Part shown: one piece after another, positions 26,085-35,479 of the stretch
Numbering within the stretch: position 1 is the stretch's first letter
How the letters are laid out: each line of letters begins with the position of its first letter
NCBI GenBank assembly: GCA_977020255.1
Contig: CDROCS010002147.1
Span: forward strand, 248,001-312,000
DNA: 64,000 bases
Direction of reading: 5' to 3'
From: Obrimoposthia wandeli
Lineage: Eukaryota
Made by a program: the position numbers and the translations under genes
The notes under the pieces: model-generated
Seen by the model: only the letters and a program-made list of their open reading frames with translations
Database searches by the model: none
What the model was told of the DNA's origin: nothing

Positions 26085-26722
26085 TGTGTGAGTGAGTGAA
26101 TAGAGAGTGAGTGAGCGAGTGAGTAGAGAGAGTCAGTAGTGAGCGAACAGGAAGAGTGAGTAGTGAGCGAGTAGGAAGAGTGAGTGAGCGAGTGAGTAGG
26201 GAGAGTGAGTGAGCAATGGAGTAGGAAGAGTGACTGAGCAATGAGAGTGTGTGTGGGATTGAGTGAATAGGGAGAGTGAGTGAGCGAGTGAGTAGGAAGA
26301 GTCAGTAGTGAGCGAACAGGAAGAGTGAGTAGTGAGCGAGTAGGAAGAGTGAGTGAGCGAGTGAGTAGGGAGAGTGAGTGAGCAATGGAGTAGGAAGAGT
26401 GACTGAGCAATGAGAGTGTGTGTGGGAGTGAGTGAATAGGGAGAGTGAGTATGCAATTGAACAGAGTGAGTGAGTGAGCAACTTTATAGGGAGAGTGAGT
26501 GAGCGAGTGAATAAGGAGAGTGAGTGAGCAATGGAGTAGGAAGAGTGACTGAGCAATGAGAGTGTGTGTGGGAGTGAGTGAATAGTGAGAGTGAGTAAGC
26601 AATTGAACAGAGTGATTAAGTGAGCGACTTTATAGGGAGAGTGAGTGAGCGAGTGAATAAGGAGAGTGAGTGAGCGAGTGAATAAGGAGAGTGAGTGAGC
26701 GAGTGAATAAGGAGAGTGAGTA
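26085..26722. repeat. Purine-rich (GAGT-based) minisatellite with higher-order units
   Basis: Built of GAGT/GAGC/GAGTAGG units. AGTCAG landmarks at 26131 and 26300 give a 169-bp period; GACTGAGCAATGAG occurs at 26232, 26401 and 26547. Ends with three 25-bp units (26641, 26666, 26691). Confidence 0.95.
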
Positions 26723-27863
26723 AATCTTTATTTATTTTCAAAACTTACTGGATTAAAAAACTATATCCAAGGATTATTTACCAATAATCAAACAATGGTA
26801 TAAAAGTCGTTTTTTCTGATTATCATTTAATTCAGACGACATTGAAATTAAAATCAATTTCGCTTTAGGTACCAGTAATGTTTCAAAATGTTTTTTTATC
26901 TTCACAAACTTATTTCCTACAATCCTGTTACTTAATATATTAAAAAACTTTTATATTACTGATATTAATTTTAGCTTAATTGAATAAAACAGATTAAATA
27001 TAAAATTAATGTTTTATATACATTGTGTAAAGAGATTGTGCAGCAAGCAAGTATGTAAAAATAGAAACTATATGAAACGTTGCAACCTCCAGAGAAAGAG
27101 ATTTTAATATCACTTTAATGGTCAGAATTAAATGATAATAACAAATAAACGACTTTTATAAAATTTATTTGTGGTTAATTCTTTAATAAATGTTTCTTAG
27201 AAATTCAGAAAGTTTTGAAAAAAATGTAATAATTTTATATTATCATTATTTATTTATTTTTTAATTCTACTAAATATAAACGTTATATAAATTTAAGTCG
27301 TATTTATCATTTTTTTGCATGTATTTTTAAATTAATTGCTTTAGTTTTTTAAATTGGTTGATAAAAAATATTAAGAAAATTTTGTAACTTTAAAGTTGTT
27401 TTAATTTTTTGTTAGCGAAATTCAAATTATATGCCCATTGTAGTCCTAGCCATGATTTTGTTAATCTTTATCGATAAAACAGCTGTTAAATTCAGTTAAT
27501 TTCGCTTATTTTGCTAACCTACATGTTTATAAATGTTATTCTTTTAAAATATAAACTATTGAGTATTTGTAAGTAAACTATTGTATTAAATATTATATTT
27601 TATTATATTTAATTTTATATAATGCTAAAATTTCATATAATAAATAGGTAAATTATTAAAATTATGCTATTATTTTATAAGTTAAAAAACTTTTTTTATA
27701 TTGTAATTATTTTGTTATTTTTAAATAATATTTCTATATATTTCTTATCTAATAATTAGGATTAAAACTTTTATATTTAGAAATAAAAAAGCAGCTGTAA
27801 TCGCCATTTTTTGCAAATTGCGTTTTTTATTGTTTATGAGGGCAATTTTCGACTAATGCCCAA

Positions 27864-28004
27864 TGTAGTATGGCCGCAGTTGAAGGAATTTATAAGATAA
27901 CCATAAGATAATGAAGTATTGTTTTTTTAATCAATCCTAATTATTATAAACCATAAATACATATTAACAACCATACAACACGCAAATACATACTGCACAC
28001 TACA
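27864..28004 (-). repeat. 3' LTR (141 bp) of the deleted Gypsy element
   Basis: TG...CA on the minus strand. By hand alignment about 20 mismatches plus one 8-nt gap versus 31017-31149. Confidence 0.85.
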
Positions 28005-29544
28005 CCAACTTCCACTTTTTGGTGTATCATGAAAGCTGATGACCATGGTGAGTTGGATTTTTGTATAATGCCTTGTTTATCTAATTCTTTGAATGTTTGT
28101 CTGGTAGGAATTGTTTTACTTTGATGGAACATGATCTCCGTTTGTTAATTATTTTATGTGTAGTTGTGTTTTTTCTATGTGTGCGATGTTAGTGGGGTAG
28201 TTTTTTGATTGTTCGGGAATATTAGGGTTTTATTTTTGTAATCTATCACTATGTTGTAGTGTGCTAGGATATCGGAGCCTAGTATTGCTTGTTGGAATTT
28301 GGTGGTGGTGAAAAACCATTTGTATGGTTTTTGTTAGGTATGATCGTGATTTCTGTCTCACCATATGTGGGAATGTTAGTGCCGTTTGCTGCGTAAAGTT
28401 GGTTGAGTGGCGTATGTTGTGTATCATATGAGAGGTTTGATATCAATGATCAGCTTTATTTAGAGTGTATTGTGTTGTGTGGTAATGAGTTTCTATGATA
28501 TGGAGAGGACTCTGTGTTAGTTGTTATTGAATTGGGTCTGTCCATTCTGTATGGTGAGTTGTAATAGTTTGTTATTTGCTTCAAGTGTGTCTTGTAGTGA
28601 TTGTATCGTTTTGTTTTGATTGTTTTGATTGTTTATGATGGTTTCTAAACTGTTGTCTTTGTTGTGGTTGTGCTGTTTGTTTTTTCTGTGGACGTGTTCA
28701 CTAGTATCTTGTATTCTATCAGCTATGTCGGTTAGTATTTGGAGGTTGTCGATGTTTGTTGCTGCGAGTATTTTTTGTTGTTGTTTCGCTAAGTAGGCTT
28801 TTCATGAAGCATTCTGTTATCAGACTATTGTTTGATGATGTGTTTGGTTGAATGATATATTGTTTGTTTTGTAGATTCTATAGTGTCTCTGATGGCTTGT
28901 TCAGGGTGCTTGTATCAGTTGTGTTAATATGTGTTGTTTGTTTATTTTGTAGTGTTTTGTTAGGATGGTGATTATGTTTTATGTTTATATATTTTTATGG
29001 CTGATTGGGTTTTTGGCTGTGTTTATGTTGTCTAGTTCATCTGTGGTTTGTCTGAGGGTGTTGTTTGGTAATGCTGATATTATATTCTTTGTAAATGTCT
29101 TGGATGATATGTTTGGAAATAGATTAATCTGTTTGAATCAGTTTTAACTATTTTAGTGATGTATTGTTGTTTTCTAAGAAAAAAATTGGAGATATCTGGA
29201 TAGTAAGTAGATTTGTGACTTCTGGAACAAAGACCCCCGTGCTGAGGACAAAATGTGTTAGTTCTACTGTTTAGGTGACTCATCGATGACTCATCGAACA
29301 AAGACCATGATTCGTCGATGACTCATATTCGTTGTTCTCATAAAGTACACTTGACTCCTCACCAAGTTCTAATAAAGCCTATTATATATAACTTTGAAAA
29401 GTAAAAAAATACATTTTTTGAAGGTTTGGACCCTTGAGGGTTAACTCTTGAAGGTTTTAGACCCTTTGAGAGAACCCTATTGGAATAACCATATTAAAAA
29501 ACAGCGAAAAAAAAACCAACTCGAAGAATCAGCAATAAGAAGTA

Positions 29545-29650
29545 CCTTAAAAGAAGCAACTCAAATAACTTCCTTAAAATAAGCTACTCAAAGAACTCCC
29601 TTAAAAGAAGCAACTCAAATAACTTCCTTAAAATAAACAGCTCAAAGAAA
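29545..29650. repeat. Internal tandem repeat (2 x ~54 bp made of ~27-bp subunits)
   Basis: CTTAAAAGAAGCAACTCAAATAACTTCCTTAAAATAA occurs twice, alternating with ..CTCAAAGAA.. subunits. Confidence 0.85.
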
Positions 29651-30149
29651 TACAATCAAGAGTGAGTAACCATGTGCTCATAGTCTTTGTTTTGAAAGAC
29701 TCATGTTCTCAACATGTGAAAAGAAATATTTCAAAAAGAACAAAACACATCACGTGTTCTTATATTGCACATTTTCATCACATCTGTGTGAGTGTGTGAT
29801 TTTCTCTTCCCTACCGCATACTCCAATACAAGGCAGAGACAATCTCTGCCTGTATTTGAGAATGTGTGCGGTAATGACGGCAGATGATGAAATAATCACA
29901 TCACTCTGCCGCTGGATGGATTTATGCTGCAGTATTTAGTTAAGTTTTTATTTATTTTTATTCTGCTGCTGTGACAATCTTGAGTAAATTTTATTTTTAT
30001 TGATTTAATTTCAATATATGTTTGAAAAACACAATAGAAGAACAAATAACTATTAATTGTTGTCCTTCTATTGTGTTTTTCAAACATTATTGGAGTAAAC
30101 ATCCTATGTGTTTTATACCTTTTAGCTGTTATGATTATGTCTTTCAAGA

Positions 30150-30675
30150 CAAAGGCATGAGCTCATAGTCGGCACTTGGGCTCATGACCTAGACCATAAC
30201 CTTGAGCTCATGGTGAGTACATTGGCTCAAGTGATGAGTATACTATAAAAGAATGTGAGCTTGATATCATGATAACCTTATGATAACCTTGGGCTCATGG
30301 TGAGCACATGAGCTCATGATCTTATAATAACCTTGAGCTCATAGTCAGCACATGAGCTCATAACCTCGTAATAACCTTGAGTTCATGGTAAGCACATAGG
30401 CTCACTTGATGAGTGCACTATAGAACAAAGGACATGAGTCATGACCTTGAGCTCACGTGATGAGTCTAATAAAACAAAGGACATGAGTCATGACCTTGGA
30501 ATGACCTTGAAAATCAGGTGTACTCGGGAGAAATGTGTCCTTAACATGACCTCAAATTACCTTGACCTCATGTGACCTCATGAGGTTACGTGATGAGTCA
30601 TGTGTACTTTAGGAGAACAAAAGATGTGAGTCATCGATGAGTCATGTCTTTCTTCGATGAGTCATCGATGAGTCA
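30150..30675. repeat. Degenerate tandem array rich in TGAGCTCA and TGAGTCA motifs
   Basis: Six exact TGAGCTCA (30158, 30203, 30309, 30334, 30353, 30448) and seven exact TGAGTCA (30435, 30484, 30594, 30627, 30638, 30658, 30669), set in recurring TAACCTTGAGCTCAT..GCACATGAGCTCA units. Confidence 0.9.
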
Positions 30676-31001
30676 CCTAAAAAGTAGAACAAATACATTT
30701 TGTCCTCTGCTTTTTTCCAGAAGTCACCCATCTACCTACTCTGGATGATTGTGTGTTGTTGTTATGTTATCTGTTGGTTCCATTTGTGTAGGATAGTTGA
30801 TATGGTGAGATAACAGACCTCTTTGGACTGAAAATTGTAGTACTTTGGGTGTTGGAGGAGGTCGGGTGGCTTCACACACTGGATGTGGCGATGCTGATGG
30901 CAGTAACCTGTGGGTGAGATTGACGATGTTGGTGATGCTGGTTGCTGCAGGCTGAGGCAAAACTGGATATTGTTGTTATCTATAGGAGTAGGTGGTTTAT
31001 T

Positions 31002-31013
31002 CTTCTGACACCA
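31002..31013 (-). promoter_or_regulatory. Primer-binding site (tRNA-Leu type)
   Basis: Minus strand TGGTGTCAGAAG, 3 nt from the LTR end; identical to the PBS at 33807. Confidence 0.85.
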
Positions 31014-31016
31014 AAT

Positions 31017-31149
31017 TTTAGTATGGCGGAAGTTGAGGGAATTAATAAGATAGTCACAAGATAACCATTTATTGATCAATCCTAATTATTATAAACCATA
31101 ATAACATAATAACAACCATACAGCACGCACATACATATTGTACACCACA
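31017..31149 (-). repeat. 5' LTR (133 bp) of the deleted Gypsy element
   Basis: Starts TGTGGTG on the minus strand, homologous to 27864-28004, followed by the PBS. Confidence 0.85.
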
Positions 31150-31869
31150 GCTCATGTTAAATGAAAGCCCACACCAATTATTAGTGAATACTTCAACCTA
31201 AAACTAGTGGATCGAATATTTGAAGTTTCTAGTGAAATGTTATATCCCAATTTGGCCTGATGGATAATAAAACGGCTAAATCAGACTTCAAAAAGTCTGT
31301 TGAACTATTTAAATTAAAAATAATTATAAAGATTTCACGTGTTAACTAGTATAATAAATTGAGTATCAGTTTCAGAGATCTTGTAAAACAATGTTTGGAT
31401 GCGTCTTTGAATACTGCATATTTATTAGATTCCGGCGATATATGCACATATTTCATCTAATCTTATACCATCTTAATATATAAACTCTTCCCAGCACAGA
31501 ATTCAAATTTAAATTGTTCATAAACTACAAAATCTCACGTTTTATTACATATTATATATTTGGGATCCATTCTAAAATAAACTTTATATTTCGGCGGAAA
31601 ACTATGGTTGCTTTCTCGAAATATACTTCTGCTAAACAATTTGGGAAACAGAGAAGTTGTCTTAACCACCGAATATTATAGTTCATAAAAGAAAAAAATA
31701 ATTTGAATTGTAACATTTTTATTTGAATAATTTAAAAAAAAAGTTAGTTATACAAGATTAAATATGCCTGTTTAAAGTTTGTAGAAATTTAAATTTAAAA
31801 AGGTTGAAAATTAGAAAACTTAAAAGTCTTGAAGCTGAAATTTTATTCACCGTGAATAAATTCTCAAAA

Positions 31870-32110
31870 GGATATGGGAATAGAACTGCTGGAAGAGATT
31901 TTAAAAAATCAGAAAATTGTGAAATACGTGGATGATTTTTGGTGAAAAAGAGTTGTTCATAAGAACATCTCTAAAAGGCTCAGTTTATGCTTGGTTGCTG
32001 ATTGGGTGACAGAAGATTTTGACAGCATTTCCTCAGAGAATATTAAAAAACCTCCAAAAATGTTATATTTCCAATGCTATGGATAGCACTCTGAAAATGA
32101 TATAATGACG
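31870..32110 (+). mobile_element. pogo-like transposase remnant (N-terminal HTH fused to C-terminus by deletion)
   Basis: YGNRTAGRDF (cf. GNRAAARKF), VADWVTEDFDSISSENIKK (cf. W V..AW..I....I.K), KCYISNAMD (cf. KCCISNALDG). Confidence 0.6.
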
Positions 32111-33621
32111 ATGAAAATTCAGAGGAGAGAAGAGGAAGATAATGAAACTGTTATTACTGAATTGGATAATTATTACAATGTAACAAAAAGCCTATCATAT
32201 GAACTTATGGCCAGATTAATTACTAGCACAAGTGACGAGAATGAAGACATGCTTTAATAACTTTCTGGGAACATATTTCGTTTAAAAAACATGCTATAAG
32301 CTTAGGCTTCATTACTTCTGCTAAATAAAAATGTTTTACAATGGGATAATCTCAAGACAAACCCTTCAATTTTATTTTATAGGTTATTAATTTGAAATTG
32401 ACGACATTTGATGCTTAATATTTGGTATGTAAATATATTAAAAAAGAAAATAGGTAATAAAAAATCGTTTAGATTCATGTGATGTGCTTAATAATTTTTT
32501 AAAAGTTTATTATAATTTTTAGTTTAAACATTAAATAAACTATTTTAAAAGTTAAAAATTTGTTGAATAAATAAATGATACAGAAATTAATTTTTAATTC
32601 AAAATCGTTGATATTATTAATTTTAATTTTATTTATAAGAAACATTTTGCATAATTTATTTTTCAGCATAACTTACATGTATACATGTAATTAAAAAAAA
32701 AATTCTGGTTGCGTTTGAAATTTTGACTATTAAAGAGCATTTTAAACATTAATTTTCTAATTTTCTAAATTTCCTTCTTTTTTACAGGTAGTAGCTGCCA
32801 TAAATGATAAAAATGAAATTTTATAAATATTTTTTATTAAAAATTACTTATTTTAATATTTAAAAGTATTGGAAGTATTTACATGTACTTTATCATTCTT
32901 ATGCCAAACTTTTATTTTTATCCGACAAACTATGGCAGCGTCCTACTGGCAAATATTCATGGCACTCAGTACAATACACAACTTATCTTGCACAAACATT
33001 AACTTTCAATACAACGTTGGATTTTTCAAATTTCTATCATAGTTTACTAGTAGTAGTCATTTGTTATTTAGATCACAGCCATAAAATGTAACTCAGATAA
33101 AATTAATTTTATTTTTTAAGTACTTAATTTTGTATTGAAATAAAAAATTCTAGTTAAATGAAAGAATAAGTTGTAAAGTTGTACCTAAAAATAGTAATTA
33201 AATAATCAAAATTGGGATTAAATTTTAACTATTCGATTAATTTTTCGATTAATCGATTAATTTTTTTTATGTTTCAGCTTTTTTGATTAAGTTGCCAGTT
33301 TTTGGGTTTTACCGTTGGTTACCAAAGGCTCATGTTGAAACTCCTGTCTTTGGTTTTAGCAGGAATACTGAAAAATTGATTTAAGAAGTTAAACTTATTT
33401 GACAAATATGACCGAGGTATTCGAAAAAGATCATAATGATATTGGTAATCAAATAGTAAAAATTTAAATATATCTTAAATATAATATTTTGATTAAATAG
33501 GACATTAAATTTCTAGAGAAGAATTTTACACTTATTATAAATATGAGAAGAAAAAAATTATAACACGTCTAGATTTTTGAAAGAAAATATCGATTTTCAA
33601 ATTATTATACATATATATTAC

Positions 33622-33804
33622 TGTTGTGACCCTATCCTTCCTTTTCTCTCATTATCTTGTGTGTTTCTTTGTTTTTATTATCATGTTATTGTAAGTATAA
33701 TAATATATTAGAAAAATCAATAAATCGTTATCTAGTTATTTTGTTCGTATCTCTCCTCATTCTTCTCTCTACAATTTTTCTATCTCTCACGAAGGCCTCC
33801 TACA
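33622..33804 (+). repeat. 5' LTR
   Basis: TGTTGTGACC...CCTCCTACA; 178/183 identical to the 3' LTR; contains AATAAA. Confidence 0.98.
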
Positions 33805-33806
33805 AT

Positions 33807-33819
33807 TGGTGTCAGAAGT
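33807..33819 (+). promoter_or_regulatory. Primer-binding site complementary to the tRNA-Leu 3' end
   Basis: TGGTGTCAGAAGT, 2 nt after the LTR; reverse complement of ...ACTTCTGACACCA, the 3' end of eukaryotic tRNA-Leu(CAA). Confidence 0.9.
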
Positions 33820-34568
33820 CCTCAATATATATTCAATATATCGATACATTCAGAAGAAGAACCAACTCATCCAAGAACTACATTCAATTCAACAACAACC
33901 ACTGCCAATCCAACAACCTCATCTCCTTCTCGTTCTTCTGTTTTACTACTCTACAATACCCTCTACGACACCCTCGATACCCTCTAGAAACAGAGACAGC
34001 AGCAACCTGATCATAATCATCATCATCAGAATTTCAGAAACAATTACTACTCTGTCGCTCACAATCTACGAGATTCTGCTACAACAATCACCACCACAAC
34101 TACGGAGCCACGCTATAGGGGCTAAACTACTCCAACTCACATCCTACAGGTCACAATTAAGAGCGAAGATATCAGCGAAACAATCCTAATAACCACAATT
34201 CCAAGTTCACAAATTCAACAATACACTACTCTACTTAACTCTACAAACCGTCGGGAGTAAGAAAACTGTGACTGCAGAAACCAGCATCACCAACATCACC
34301 ATTCTAATTCTTTACTATGTCAGCCGGATATCGGTAAGCAGCAACAGCAGCACCAAAACTACCAACTACTCAGCCGCGCTAGAGAAACTCAATCAAACTC
34401 AATCCACAAAGAAACATATATTGAATTATCAAGTTAGTCACCCGCTCTCAGACAAACACTGATCCTACAAGTCCTGCTCCAACCCCAGACAACAAAGTGT
34501 TATCACTGGGGCCACAAAATAACTTCCGTGTTTTCATAACCACAGTCACAACATAACCGATCGCATAA

Positions 34569-35474
34569 ATGGCACACAACACACCATCCACACCAGAGTT
34601 TTTCCTGGACGAAAATCAGAGCCCTAATAAATGGTTATCACTCACTCAAACAATCTTAAATTTGCCGGGGACTCACAACCCGAAACACATCACTCACAAA
34701 ATCATCTCATCACTACCCACCAACACACTCAATGACATTGCACAGGATCTCATCGACATTCACAAACACACTTCACCTCTAGATCAGATCAAAAACATTC
34801 TAAACCAACACTACACCATAAATAAAAAGGAGTTATTTGAAGACTTATTTAACTCACCTATCACTTTCACATAAAAACCCACCCATCTCTTAAACACATT
34901 GAAGACTAAACTGGAACACATTCAACCCAACATCATAAATTACACTCACAACTCATTACTCCAAGAAGTCTTTTTCCTACAACTACCCCCAGACACAAAA
35001 AAATACTTACAACGTTGGAAAACAAATCATTAGAAGAACTGGCCACAACAGCAGACAAACTACATGCATACAACCAACCCACCTCACAACAAACATTACA
35101 CATACAAAGAAACCCAACAAACCAAAACGAGTCAGAAATAGACAATTTAAAAATGATCATACACCAACAGAACCAAACAATAACATCACTGACAGAAAAG
35201 ATTGACAAACTTACAACGACCTATACACAACACACCACCAACAGACACAGATCATAATCATCAAATTACGACAACAAACAACAACATACCACAAACAGAT
35301 ACTGATCACCATCACCATATTACGACAATAAACCACAATACACTTATAACAGATACAGATCACCCTAACCATACAATAACAATAAACTACCCAATCCAAA
35401 CTACTGCTATTACCACAATACATACGGCACCAAAGCCATCAAATGCACCTTGCACATACCCAAAAAACTGCTAA
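34569..35474 (+). pseudogene. gag: gag (disrupted)
   Basis: ATG at 34569; in-frame TAA at 34872 in FT*KPTHLL. EVFFLQLPP / SLEELATTADKL span a frameshift near 35010. RS-rich repeats and C-terminal YCYYHNTYGTKAIKC (CxYH..FG.KA.KC knuckle of this Gypsy clade). Confidence 0.9.
35240..35390 (+). repeat. Three ~54-bp repeats in the gag C-terminus
   Basis: ACAGA(C/T)AC(A/T)GATCA recurs at ~35241, ~35295 and ~35349, encoding NR(H/Y)RS..S.Y repeats in the gag frame, with stops at probable Arg/Ser codons. Confidence 0.8.
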
Positions 35475-35479
35475 AATCA

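Larger units (their letters stand above)
29202..30740. mobile_element. Non-autonomous TIR element with Polinton/Maverick-type ends (1539 bp), inserted at the start of gag
   Basis: Left end AGTAAGTAGATTTGTGACTTCTGG; right end (reverse complement) AGTAGGTAGATGGGTGACTTCTGG. Imperfect TIRs 29202-29357 and 30595-30740. Perfect 6-bp TSD CTGGAT (29196-29201 and 30741-30746). No recognisable coding sequence. Confidence 0.9.
27864..31149 (-). mobile_element. Internally deleted Ty3/Gypsy LTR element (LTR-PBS-leader-gag-PR-start of RT-PPT-LTR) carrying a nested insertion
   Basis: 5' LTR 31149-31017, PBS TGGTGTCAGAAG 31013-31002. gag IISALPNNTL..ILTKHYKINK is homologous to the 33.6-kb gag. PR: LYAANGTNIPTYG, AILGSDILAHYNIVID. 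RT start ELDKQGIIQKSNSPWSSAFMIHQK is joined directly to PPT GTGGAAGTTGG (28015-28005) and the 3' LTR (28004-27864). Confidence 0.9.

Noticed and set aside
25990-26602. Four Leu/Ser/His/Thr-rich minus-strand ORFs
   Set aside because: Translation artefacts of the CACT-rich satellite strand, which lacks stops.
30150-30460. Repeat array as a possible CRISPR
   Set aside because: Degenerate tandem units without unique spacers, inside a eukaryotic TE, and no cas genes.
33657-34462. ORFs spanning the 5' LTR and leader (and 38445-38639 in the 3' LTR)
   Set aside because: Non-ATG starts, driven by composition, no homology recognised; not an env or extra gene on present evidence.
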